A stretch of DNA of 63,942 bases, counting the filler, from Octopus bimaculoides (lineage: Eukaryota), in the NCBI RefSeq assembly GCF_001194135.2. It is 7 parts of 6 records of this genome, joined end to end, with 100 filler letters (N's around TTAATTAATTAA, not from the genome) between each part and the next. Parts side by side here need not be neighbours in the genome. Positions count along the whole stretch, not along the records: positions 28,639 to 46,586 come from NC_068988.1; positions 46,687 to 48,849 come from NC_068982.1; 5 more parts are not named here. The stretch is one strand, 5' to 3'. Positions 36,947-48,849 of this stretch are shown in pieces (positions within the stretch are counted from its first letter, which is position 1; each line of letters begins with the position of its first letter). Below the pieces are notes generated by a model, which was given only the letters and a program-made list of their open reading frames with translations, was not told the DNA's origin and ran no database searches. The position numbers and the translations under genes were made by a program.

Positions 36947-38030
36947 CTAGCAGAAATACCCGGCGTTGCCCGGGTTAAAGAGAATAATGAAATCTAAAAA
37001 CGCCGTCTAGACTACGCATCATCTTTATATATAGAGATGTATATACACACACACACACCCAAACACACATATATATATATGTATATAAATATATGAAAGT
37101 CAATGAAGTTTCGTAAAAGAAGGTGATCATGTACATACTTTCTTGCTGTTGTGATTATAACATCTCATTGTAAACTATGTTCCTTGTTTTCCCTTGTGGA
37201 GCATATACAAATAGGTTTTTTGTTGCTGCCCACTCTTGAGCAGCCAACATACAGTTGTCCATGTGAGAAGCAGGGCTCTTCCAAGAGAAGACCAGCTACA
37301 GACAGTGTTTGACCCTGATATTTGTTTATGGACATGGCAAAAGTCACACGAAGGGGGAATTGTAGTCTTCTGAATGTAAAAGGAATGTCTTCTCNNNNNN
37401 NNNNNNNNNNNNNNNNNNNNNNNNNNNNNNNNNNNNNNNNNNNNNNNNNNNNNNNNNNNNNNNNNNNNNNNNNNNNNNNNNNNNNNNNNNNNNNNNNNNN
37501 NNNNNNNNNNNNNNNNNNNNNNNNNNNNNNNNNNNNNNNNNNNNNNNNNNNNNNNNNNNNNNNNNNNNNNNNNNNNNNNNNNNNNNNNNNNNNNNNNNNN
37601 NNNNNNNNNNNNNNNNNNNNNNNNNNNNNNNNNNNNNNNNNNNNNNNNNNGTGTACATATACATGTATATGTATACATATACATCTCTATCTCTCTTTCT
37701 CTCTCTGTGAAAGTATCTGTCACTACAGTATCGAAATGTGATTGTTTCAGTTAGTGGAATAGTTTCATTTTTAAAGTGAAAGTATTTGACATGAGTGTTT
37801 TTGTTTCACTTGTGACACGTAATACTTAAATAGTGGAGGAGATATTATGTTGCCGTGTGCTCGAACTCTGCAAGAAGTTAATAATTTTTTTTGACTAAAA
37901 CACAACTGGAACCCTAAGTAAGGCATGTGTAAAATTTGAATGAAATTGGTTGCGTAGTTCTCGAGTTTTAGGGATTCACACACACACAGACAGACAGACA
38001 GACACACATTCTCATTTTTATATATATAGA
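36947..38030 (-). mobile_element. Helitron with both termini and a PIF1-like helicase C-terminus (internally deleted or gapped)
   Basis: 5' A|TCTATATATATAAAA at 38030; FRRLQFPLRVTFAMSINKYQGQTL..CFSHGQLYVGCSRV at 37155-37394; 3' hairpin ACCCGG-GCAACG-CCGGGT, then CTAG|T at 36947. Confidence 0.8.
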
Positions 38031-39574
38031 TTATACAGCTGATCTGAGAGGAGGTAAGAGTTGTCCAAATCCATGGCTGAAAAACCAAAAAAAAGGTACT
38101 GTTATAACCTCAAATTTAAACTAGATCTAGTATATGCAAATGACCATGGTAATAGGGCGGCTGCTTGGTATTCTGGTCCACCAGCAACTAAGAAAATGGT
38201 AAGGACTTGGATGAAGCAAGAAGAGCAGATGAAAGCTGCTAAATGTAGTAAACACTGCCTCCCTAGGGGAGTTGTAAAGTGGTCTGAACTAGAAGAATTA
38301 AAAACATGGGTTTTAGACCAAAGAAGATCAGACTTGTAGCAATGGGTGGAGATATCAATGATTTTAAAGGGTTAACATCATGGTGTTCCAGATTTATGAG
38401 GAGAAATAACCTCTATGAGGGCTACAACAAAAATAGCACAAAAAACGCCTCCTGAATATGGAGATCGATTACTTGGGTTTCACAGGTATGTCATTAATGC
38501 AAGAAAAAAAGTTAATTTTAAACTTTCACAAATATGGACAAAGTCTCTGACATTTGATGTGCTATCAGACAAAACAGTAGAATTCAAGGGTGCTTAAAAC
38601 ATGTGGCCATGGAAACACCCACTATACAGTTTGTGTGCTGTGCTGATGGCACAAAACTGCCACCTTTATTAATCTTTGAAAGAAAGGATGCCCAATGGCA
38701 TTTTATGTCCACACAGAAGGTTGAGTGGATGTGGGAGGAACGAAATTGTGGCATGATAAAGTGTGGTCCTGGTGAGCTATTAAAGAAACCTGCCTTATTA
38801 ATTTGGGGCCAGTTTCAGGCTCATAGAGATTGTCAAGAAGAAACCTGAAGACCCAGTTAGCTGTAATTCCAGGAAGCCTAACCAGGCAGTTACAACCTTT
38901 AGATGTTTCAATCAATAAACCATATGAAAACATCATGCAAGAGGAGTGGATGCAGTCTTCAGATTTTGAAGTGATACCAACAGGAAGAAGGAAAGGGGCC
39001 TACTATTACACAGGTGTGTGAGTGGGTAAAAAGTTCATAGAATGCTGTAAAAGAAGAGGTAGTTGTGAGATCATTTAAAAAAAAAAAAGTGGCATTAATA
39101 ATGCCCTTAATGGTACTGAGGATGATTCCTTGTTCGAAGAAGATACTGATGAACCAGATCCTATTGCAGAGAATTCCAATGATGAAGAGAGTACCAGTAA
39201 TATGGATGGCAACAGTGAGAATGAGTAACTGTATCTATAGTAATTCATCAGATTTATTGTACTTCCTGACTGGTTTGTACCAGTTTCTATCAGTATATTT
39301 GCCTTTTGTTTGTATGTATCAGGATTCATTGATACTAATGTAGTTTCCTTTAAAGATGAGTGTAAAGTTACATGATTTAATACTTTATTCCAGTATACGG
39401 TCACAATATTGTATTTCATGAACATAATCATTCAATATCCCCTACAAGACCACTTTAAAATATCTTTCAATAAATGTATAATGAAACATAAAAATTGTTT
39501 TTTTCTGCAAAATATCCTTGTAAAAAAGGGATGTCTTATGTGAGGGTGCATCCAATGTGCTGGCAAATACAGTA
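38031..39574 (+). mobile_element. pogo/Tigger-family DNA transposon, decayed transposase with 3' TIR
   Basis: N-terminal Brinker/CENP-B-like HTH (MAEKPKKRYCYNLKFKL...), DDE_1 motifs CCADGTKLPPLLIF and LAVIPGSLTRQLQPLDVSINKP; ends GGCAAATACAGTA. Confidence 0.88.
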
Positions 39575-39589
39575 TGTATGTATATGTGT

Positions 39590-40272
39590 ATCATCATCAT
39601 CGTTTAATGTTCGTTTTCCATGCTGGCATGGGTTGGATGGTTGTATAGGACTGGCAAGCCAGGAGGCCGCATCAAGTTCCAATCTGATCTGGTAGTGTTT
39701 CTACAGATGGATGCCCTTCCTAACGTCAACCACTCCGAGAGTGTAGTGGGTGCTTTTTACGTGCTACCGGTACAGGATCCAGTCGGGGCGGGGTGGCTGG
39801 CATCGACCACGTTCGAATGGTGCTTTTTACGTGCCACTGGCGACGACCTACGCATGCATGGTGCTTATTGCGTGGCACCAGCATGGGATCCAGTCAGGCA
39901 GCACTGACATCGGCCACAACTACAATTTCCATTTGATTTGATTTTACTTGACTCGAGTAAAATCAAAAGCACGGAATGTCACCTATCAGTTCAAAGGTAC
40001 TTTTTAAATGGGCTGGTTATGCGACACTGGTGTGGGCTACGGCTGTGATCTCACTTTATTTGTTGGGTTTTCTCAATCACAGCATATCTCCAGAGGTCCC
40101 GGTCTTTCGTCATTGCCTCTGTGAGGTCCAACGTTCAAAGGTCATGCTTCAGCACTTCATCCCACGTCTTCCTGGGTCTCCCTCTACCATGGGTTCCTCC
40201 CACTGTTAGGGAGTGACACTTCTTCACACAGCTCTCCTCATTTATACACAACTCCTGACCATACCAGCGCAT
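39590..40272 (-). mobile_element. RTE LINE 3' portion
   Basis: MRWYG...GRGRPRKTWDEVLKHDL on the minus strand, followed by the 3' UTR and (GAT)n tail. Confidence 0.88.
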
Positions 40273-40302
40273 GTATCTATATAAGTATATATGTGTAATT
40301 GA

Positions 40303-40366
<64 letters not shown>

Positions 40367-41091
40367 NNNNNNNNNNNNNNNNNNNNNNNNNNNNNNNNNN
40401 NNNNNNNNNNNNNNNNNNNNNNNNNNNNNNNNNNNNNNNNNNNNNNNNNNNNNNNNNNNNNNNNNNNNNNNNNNNNNNNNNNNNNNNNNNNNNNNNNNNN
40501 NNNNNNNNNNNNNNNNNNNNNNNNNNNNNNNNNNNNNNNNNNNNNNNNNNNNNNNNNNNNNNNNNNNNNNNNNNNNNNNNNNNNNNNNNNNNNNNNNNNN
40601 NNNNNNNNNNNNNNNNNNNNNNNNNNNNNNNNNNNNNNNNNNNNNNNNNNNNNNNNNNNNNNNNNNNNNNNNNNNNNNNNNNNNNNNNNNNNNNNNNNNN
40701 NNNNNNNNNNNNNNNNNNNNNNNNNNNNNNNNNNNNNNNNNNNNNNNNNNNNNNNNNNNNNNNNNNNNNNNNNNNNNNNNNNNNNNNNNNNNNNNNNNNN
40801 NNNNNNNNNNNNNNNNNNNNNNNNNNNNNNNNNNNNNNNNNNNNNNNNNNNNNNNNNNNNNNNNNNNNNNNNNNNNNNNACACTTCTCAACCTATTTTCA
40901 CCAAACTATACACACACATTACTAAGGATGGTCATGCACTATAACATTTTGCCCAGAACTCCTGCGTGAATGGACGTAAATGGACATAGTTTTTTTGTAT
41001 GTTGGGTCTTCCATACTTTTTAAACTTTTTTTTTTTATAGAAGTGAAAGGATTTTGTCTATTTCAACTGTCCACCTGCGGCGGTTATTAAC

Positions 41092-42046
41092 TTGATTAGG
41101 AACACTGTACGCAATGAAGTGAAGGTTTTTCACTTTTGGATTTTCACTATGACTTCTGCATATCCCAGTGTAAATGGAATTAATCACCACGATATTGCCA
41201 TCGCCACTGCTACAACAGCAGATAGTATTAATTGGTTTAAGATACATGGACTTTTAAATACCCCCAAAATATGCACCTCGTGTGGAGCCAGCATGATGGA
41301 AGTAGCCAAAAAAAATTTGTCGGATGGCGTGATATGGTCATGTGGAAGGCCTTGTAGATAAATGGTTTCGAATAGAAAAGGAACATTTCTAGAAAATAGT
41401 AATTTGAAGTGTGAACAAATTATTGATATATTATATTGTGCAAAAGAAGATTTAGCAAAGGGAATATCTCAAGAATGTTGTATAGCGAATGTAGCCGTCA
41501 CAGATTGGAGAAATTTTTGCCATGGTATATGTGCAGAATATTATGTTGCACAAAACATTAAGCTCGGAGGGCCAAACCGAATTGTGGAGATAGATGAAAG
41601 CGCATTTGTCAGAAGAAAATATAATGTTGGCCATCAGGTTAAAACGCAGTGGGTGTTTGGTGCTTTGGAAAGGGATACAAGATGTTTTTTGGTGGCAGTG
41701 GAAGACCGGTCTGCAGACACGCTTTTAGAAATTATGTAAGCGTATATTGCCTGGTACGACTATAATTTCTGACCTCTGGCGTGCATATAATACGCTCAAT
41801 CAGCTAGGATATAGAGATTTGACTGTTAATCATTCCATAAATTTTGTTGATCTGGTAACATTTGCCACAACCAACCACATAGAATGCTTATGGAAGCATG
41901 TAAAGAATCGCAACAAAAGAGAAAATGGAACAGCCCAAAATTTACTTCAATCACATCTCATTGAATTTATGTGGCGCTATGAATTTAAGGACGAAATCTT
42001 CGGAAAGTTATTGGAACAAATTCGACACCTATATCCATGCATTTGA
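41092..42046 (+). mobile_element. Merlin (IS1016/ISXO2-like) DDE transposase pseudogene
   Basis: Zn-finger-like CTSC...W.C..PC, then KLGGPNRIVEIDESAFVRRKYNVG..QWVFGALER, PGTTIISDLWRAY, TVNHSINFVD, TNHIECLW. Stops at about 41359 and 41737 plus one frameshift. Confidence 0.92.
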
Positions 42047-42256
42047 AACATTACAGAGTATAAGTATCTACGGAGCATAAGTATCACATTTATTTTTAAA
42101 CTCAACTTCAAACTTCATTTGTTTTCTATTTTGATAAATTCTCTCGGATCTTTCTGAATTGACGGGAACCACTTGTTTTCTTAACGAAAAACTTTCAAAC
42201 TTGGGATACTGGTAGAATGTGTCATATAAAACATCTTTTTCTCTTAGCCATCTTAA

Positions 42257-42804
42257 CAAAAATTTCTTCTTAAGTTATTTCATGTTAAAGTTGTCGTATT
42301 TCTGTAATTTCAACCAATCACTGACGTCTATTCAACTGAATACAGTTACTGCTGTTTTTGTAAACTAACTTTTTGCCGGTGTCAAGATCGTTATTCCCTG
42401 TTAATTATATCGTTATTCCTTAGTAAGGGTTTAGGGTTTTAGGGTTAGGGTTCGGGTTTTAGAGTTAGGGTTAGGGTTATGAGTTATAGGGTTTTAGGGT
42501 TAAGGTTATGAGTGAGGTTATGGCAAAAATAATCATAACCCTAACCCTAACTCTAAAGCCCTAAAGCTAAAACCAGTACAAACGCACGAACGATATCATA
42601 AATAACAGTACCACGGATAGTTGTTGTTGACAAACAACGGCACTAATTTTATTCAAGGGAAAAGATCCCATGACACCGTTAGTTCATGTTGTTTACATTC
42701 CATGGCAGTAATTGTTTTCACCTCAATAGACGTCAGTGATTGGTTGAAATTACCGAAATACGACAATTTTTACATGGAAGTAACTTCGTATAAAAAATTT
42801 TTTT
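42257..42804. mobile_element. Foldback/MITE-like palindromic element enclosing opposed telomere-like arrays
   Basis: Arms about 42257-42400 and about 42655-42804 are inverted, with a near-perfect core TTGTCGTATTTCTGTAATTTCAACCAATCACTGACGTCTATT; (TTAGGG)-like at 42420-42520 and (CCCTAA)-like at 42535-42575. Confidence 0.8.
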
Positions 42805-43098
42805 ATCTGTTCTATAACACAAAATATACAAGTATACGAAGTTTGAAAGTGTTTCGGTACCAAAAACACTACATAAAACAAATGAAAAGTGGTGCCTGTC
42901 AATTCAGAAAGATCCATTCTCTCTGTTGAAAATTATATTTTAATATTTTAAATAATTTGCAATTTCAGAAAATATATTTTTATATTAAATTTGTGTTTTC
43001 TAATTTGATAAATTCTACAGAAACAAATGAAGGTGGATGAGTGACGTCCTCTCCACAAGCACATAAATGTGAAACAATTTGGGAAAAAATAGGGTAAA

Positions 43099-43164
43099 TT
43101 TCAGATTAACACCCGCACGATTTTCACTAGGGTGTTAGGGTTATGGTTAGGGTTTTAGAGTTAG
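43099..43164 (-). repeat. Telomere-like module related to 5842-6040, cut by the Gypsy LTR
   Basis: TTTCAGATTAACACCCGCA is identical to 5842-5860; ATTTTCACTAGGGTGTTAGGG is the reverse complement of about 6016-6036. Confidence 0.8.
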
Positions 43165-43592
43165 TGTAGGTGATAGAGCCACCATCCTTGGGTAACCTTA
43201 TCCCGTACAATCAATTTTCTTCAATAAAGAAACGAAAACGCTGAATGAATAACAGCATAACAAATATTTATTACGAGGTGCTCAGCCTTACATCTCGGGG
43301 TAACGGCTTTGCCAGGTCGCCCTTTATGGTTGGTGTTAAGACGTCGTCGGTGTAGTTGCTGGATGGTTAAGTCATTCTTCACTGTCTCCGTGGTAGACTG
43401 TGTTGACTCAAGGTAGAGTTGACGGAGCGGCTCTTAGTAACAACTGGTGTCCTCGAAGGTGCAGCGCTAAGAGGTAGATATAGGATGACCACACATGTGC
43501 ATGAGGGACTTCCTGCATGCCTTCCGGAAGACGTCCCTGCGCATGCGTGGACGAACTCTCCAAAATGGCGACTGGTATTAGGCGCCACTACA
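43165..43592 (-). mobile_element. Gypsy 3' LTR (428 bp)
   Basis: Minus-strand termini TGTAG...CTACA; polypurine tract GAGGGGGAGCCA immediately upstream (43593-43604); internal AATAAA. Confidence 0.85.
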
Positions 43593-46586
43593 TGGCTCCC
43601 CCTCGAGTGCAGAAGCACAAAAATAGAAAAAATTGGAGTGGCGCCTGATGCAAGATGGGTACCGAAAACACTCTTAAGATGTGGCAAAAAAAATACACAA
43701 AGCAAAGAAATGAATGTACATGCATGCAAAGGAAAAATGTACGTATGTACTGGAATACTATACACAATATGCAATTGAAAAGAAATATGTTACACAGAAC
43801 ATGAAAAAAAACCAACAAAATTGCAATGCAATGCACGAGGAAAGCAATATTCTAGTGGCACAAGTCAAGTTCAGCATGGTGGCAGGTGTTGTTGGATGTA
43901 AAAGTTTTGCTTACGTCACTGCATTTTCTTTATTACATCATGTTTGATGCAGTGGCGCAAGAAATTGCCGTGTGGTTTGTTCAGCCCCAAAAAATAAAAA
44001 AAAATGGGAAACACAGTTCGGGCAATTGGTACAAAAGAAAATGCTGAAAGTTCAATGTAACAATATACAGTTAAATATAAATGGTCTTTGACAGTTTCTT
44101 TGGCCAATGTACCGTTCGGCCAGACCTAGTGACATAGGGTTCGCCCGAGTTAGGTGGCAACGACGAAGGTGGTGTTGTTAAAGGTGTATGCAGTGCTGAT
44201 GGTGTTGACAAAGGTGTATGCAAAGGTGATGGTGTTGACAAAGGTGTATGCAAAGGTTGAAAGGTGAGCATGGCAGTAGTGTCAACGAAAGGTGTAGTTT
44301 TATCAAAATATGCTTTTTTCAATCGATCTACAGACACAGTCTTCGTACGACCATTAGCGTCTATTTTTTAAAAAATTGGGTGTGCGAGAGAGCACACGAA
44401 AGGGTCCTTTATAAGGAGAAACAAGGGGTCCTCTGACAGAAGCATCTCTAACAAAAACATGCGTCCAAGAATTAAGATCGGATGGCACTTTAAAAGGTGG
44501 AAATTGGTGTCAGGGACCCATAGGAGGAAGGTCACAAAAATAACTGCGTAGCTGAGCGACATAAGACTCTAGATTAATAAACTGTGACTTGTCCGGCACC
44601 AACATCATACCAGGCAACGCCAGTGTGGTACTGTACAACAGCTCGGCTGAAGAAAAACCCAGGTCTGCTTTAACCGCAGTCCGACATCCAAGGAGGACGA
44701 CAGGAAGAACTTCAGTCCATGACTGCGGATTCAGTGAGGCACGCAAAGCGGCCTTAAGCTGCCTATGAAAACGCTCCACCATCCCATTAGAAGCGGGGTG
44801 GTAACTAGTGGTGCGTATATGATGCACCCCCAGGATTCGTGACAATTCACAGAATAAAACGGCTTCAAATTGTCAACCACGATATGTGGTCAAGCTGGAC
44901 GGTACACCGAACCGAGAAATCCAGCCGGACACGAAAGCTTTTGCAACAGTCTCAGCAGAAATATCTGCTATAGGAATGGCTTCTAGCCAACGGGAGAACC
45001 GATCGACACAAGTTAAAATATACGAGAAACCGCTACTCAAAGGCCATGGTCCAACCAGGTCAAGGTGGACATGGCGAAAACGGGCCTCAGGAGAAGGAAA
45101 CTGTCCATGCGGAGCATGAACGTGCCTATGGATTTTAGCACTCTGGCACTTCATACAAGAGCGTACCCAAGTGGTAATCGATTGCCGCATATTGGACCAA
45201 AAGAACCGAGCGTAACAAACTTTACTGTGGCAGCGATGCCCGGATGTGACAACGAATGAAGGGCATCAAAAACAGAACGTTGATGGTTCTCAGGTACAAA
45301 AGGCCTGGGAGAACCCGTAGAGATGTCACATAAAATAGAGCCTTCAGCTGAAGGGAGCGGAAGATAGGTAAACTTACAAGAATTGAACTTCGGTGAAGTT
45401 AAATCCAACTTCTCCAAAGGCGGCTGATCCTGCGAAATAGCGACTAAATCAATTGCTGTAGGAGAAGAAATGGAATTGACAAGGAGCCTAGAGAGAGCAT
45501 CAGCTGGGACGTTCTCCTTCCCTGGCACATGACGAATGTCACTTGTAAACTGGGAAATATAGTCTAAGTGACGGAAAGCACGAAAGGAGAGTTTGTCCGT
45601 TTTAGAAGATAGGACAAACGTAAGGGGCCTGTGATCAGTATAAATCACAAACTCCCGTCCCTCGAGCTGGTGCTGAAAATGCCGAACCGACAGATAGATC
45701 GCTAAAAGCTTACGAGCAAAATTACTGTATCTGCGTTCGGCAGGCTGCAATTGGCAAGAAAAGAAAGCCAAAGGTTTTGTTTCACCATCTACGGTGTGCT
45801 GCAAAACAGCACCAACCGCAGAATTTGATGCATCCATAGATAAAGAAAGCGGAGCATCAGGAGCTGGATGTGCAAGAACAGGAACTGAGGATAATTCTTG
45901 TTTCACTGACTCAAAGGCAGACAATGTCACAGTTGAAAGAGTGAGTTGGGCGTCCTTTTTAGAATTGCCCTTCAGCAGCTGCGTTAAAGGAAGCAGCTTG
46001 TCCGCACACCGGTTTATGAAGCGTCGATAAAAATTAACCATACCCAAAAAATGGTGAAGTTGGCTCAAAGAAGAAGGATGTGCGATGCGCTGTATGGCAT
46101 AGACCTTAGCAGGAAGAGGTTTGATCCCATTAGAATCAATATAGTGCCCCAGAAATTCCAGGGAGGACTGCCCGAAAACACACTTATTGAGGTTTACCTT
46201 TACATTATAGGCGCGGAGTCGCTGAAAAAGTTGCGACAAATGGTGGAGATGATTCTCTTTTGTATCACTAGCGATGAGTATATCATCGACATAGGCAAAT
46301 ACAAAATCAAGCCCACGAACAACTTCATCTATAAATCTTTGGAAAGTGCTTGTCGCATTCCGCAGACCGAAGCTCATAAAAAGAAATTCAAAACAGCCAA
46401 AAGGAGTAGTGGTGGCAGTTTTGGAAATGTCCTCTGGATTAACTGGAATCTGGTGAGAAGCCCGAACCAGATCAATCTTGGAAAAAATAGTACAGCCATG
46501 TAGATTAGCTGAAAAATACTGAAAATTCCTAATGGGATAATGGTCAGGCACCATTACAGCATTAAGTCACCGATAATTCCCCACCA
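43165..46586 (-). mobile_element. Gypsy/Ty3 LTR retrotransposon (RT, RNase H, integrase, 3' LTR), 5' part lost in a gap, inactivated
   Basis: RT FSKIDL...FGLRNA..TFQR...[11 protein letters not shown]; RNase [13 protein letters not shown]...YTDHRPL; integrase HVHLDLVGP...YHPASNGMVERFHR. Frameshift near 45190; the second catalytic Asp reads Tyr (TTYRG) and is followed by a TGA stop. Confidence 0.95.
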
Positions 46587-46686
46587 NNNNNNNNNNNNNN
46601 NNNNNNNNNNNNNNNNNNNNNNNNNNNNNNTTAATTAATTAANNNNNNNNNNNNNNNNNNNNNNNNNNNNNNNNNNNNNNNNNNNN

Positions 46687-46758
<72 letters not shown>
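46687..46758. repeat. (GATA)n microsatellite
   Basis: Perfect tetranucleotide run. Confidence 0.97.
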
Positions 46759-46759
<1 letters not shown>

Positions 46760-47039
46760 CACGAGAATAGCGAGATCATGATAATTTTTAGAAATTAATC
46801 ATTTGGATGAATAACAATTCACACGCATGTCCCTCTTCCGTAAAAGTAATGTCGATAAGGCTGATGTTTAAACGTATGACCTGTGTGAAAGCATGAGCAG
46901 GCAATGGATCTTTCCCTTTCCCCAAGGGCTGCAGCATCTAACGGAGTATTTACAGATATTATTTCAGAACGCCTGGTAAGTACGCCTTTCAGTTAAAGAA
47001 ACTTTTCCATTTGAAGGATCGACGGTAGAGATATTCTTT

Positions 47040-47230
47040 TCTACTCTAGGCACAAGGCCCGAAATTTTTTGGGGGAAGGGACCAGTCAATTAGATCGACA
47101 CCAGTACGTAACTGATACTTGATTTATCGACTCCGAAAGGATGAAAGGCAAAGTTTTTCTCGGCAGAATTTGAACTCAGAACATAAAGACAGACGAAATA
47201 CCGCTAAACATTTCGTCCGGCGTGCTAACA
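47040..47230 (-). mobile_element. tRNA-derived SINE (further copies at about 55960-56130, 57675-57870, 57900-58125)
   Basis: Shared TTTATCGAC(C/T)CCGAAAGG..AAAGGCAAAG...ATTTGAACTCAG core in these copies. Confidence 0.75.
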
Positions 47231-47299
47231 TCAACGGTACAGATATTGTTATCGTGTCTTTTTAATACAGGTCACGCTATCTTTCTCTTCCTCCTCCCC

Positions 47300-47331
<32 letters not shown>

Positions 47332-48049
47332 AATCATCATCATCATCATCAGGGTCATGATCAGCTTCTTNNNNNNNNNNNNNNNNNNNNNNNNNNNNNN
47401 NNNNNNNNNNNNNNNNNNNNNNNNNNNNNNNNNNNNNNNNNNNNNNNNNNNNNNNNNNNNNNNNNNNNNNNNNNNNNNNNNNNNNNNNNNNNNNNNNNNN
47501 NNNNNNNNNNNNNNNNNNNNNNNNNNNNNNNNNNNNNNNNNNNNNNNNNNNNNNNNNNNNNNNNNNNNNNNNNNNNNNNNNNNNNNNNNNNNNNNNNNNN
47601 NNNNNNNNNNNNNNNNNNNNNNNNNNNNNNNNNNNNNNNNNNNNNNNNNNNNNNNNNNNNNNNNNNNNNNNNNNNNNNNNNNNNNNNNNNNNNNNNNNNN
47701 NNAAAAGAAAAATATGATATAAAATAAATAAATAGATGCATAATCAAACGTCATCCTTTGAGTGTCCTTGTAACCATTTCAGAAGTGCAGAATACCAGAA
47801 TAGAATGAAAGTTGATAACTGATGAATCATTATTCATTTCTATGTTATGTTCAGTTTGTAGAATAATGTGGAATGTGTATAGAAAATAGAGAGAGGAGGA
47901 GGAAAGAGAGAGAGGAGGAGGAAAGAGAGAGAGGAAGGTGCGGGAAAGACAGGGAGAGACTCTAAAGGTAGGAAATGTGTACAAGTTACCTATATATAAT
48001 TGCAGAGGTTACCTGGAGCTATCAGGTTATTGTATCAAAAGGAGCATCA

Positions 48050-48330
48050 TTTAGCAATTCGCTGATTTTGAATTGAGATTTATTAATAGTACAGATAGTA
48101 ATGGCAAAACTGACTTTTACAGGAAATTGAAGCCTTTTAAATTGAATTGGCAAATCACTTGGTTTTCTGCAAATGAAAGAATAGATTCCAGCAAATTTTC
48201 TAAGTAAGATTGCGTCATAGAGGACACAGGGTATCATATTTTTGGAAGTGACTTTTATGCTACTCTGTAGTTTTGGAGGATCTTGATTACGGATTGATAG
48301 AGATCCAGTAGCTATTTCTACCAAGTCTAC
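48050..48330 (-). mobile_element. Helitron PIF1-like helicase fragment
   Basis: IRNQDPPKL...PSDLPIQFKRLQFPVKVSFAITI...INKSQ. Confidence 0.8.
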
Positions 48331-48449
48331 CTACCACGTATTGTTTCTCTTGTTCGACATGCAAATATATTTGCATAGCATACATAGGATGGTAAGGCAG
48401 ATTTGAAGAACATTTAGGCGTTGTTTCTATCAACTTTACTTACATATCA

Positions 48450-48817
48450 TGAAGAGGCTGTAACGGTGGCTCATATACATATGAGGAGACCCCCTTCGGT
48501 CATGACTGACCATGGGATTGCACCTAGAAACATACCCTCCGAGGCACAAGTCCGGGCAAGGTTGTCTATGGAAGACCAGCAGTCGACCATGCATACCAGC
48601 GTCCCCTCTCCACAGCACTGATGTTATCCAAGGAGAAGGCAAAGGCCGATACAGCTTGGCACCAGTGATGTCGCAACTCATTTCTACAGTTGAGTGAACT
48701 GGAGCAACGTGAAATAAAGCGTCTTGCTCAAGAACACAACACACAGTCCGGTCCGTGAATCGAACTCACAACCTCAAGATCGTAAGCTCGACGCTCTAAC
48801 CAGTGAGCCATATGGCT

Positions 48818-48822
<5 letters not shown>
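48450..48822 (-). mobile_element. tRNA-derived CORE-type SINE, near full length
   Basis: Minus strand: TGGCTCACTGGTTAGAGCG (A box), GAGTTCGATTCAC (B box), then GTTCTTGAGCAAGACGCTTTATTTCACGTTGCTCCAGTTCACTCAACTGTAGAAATGAG (CORE-like). Confidence 0.85.
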
Positions 48823-48849
<27 letters not shown>

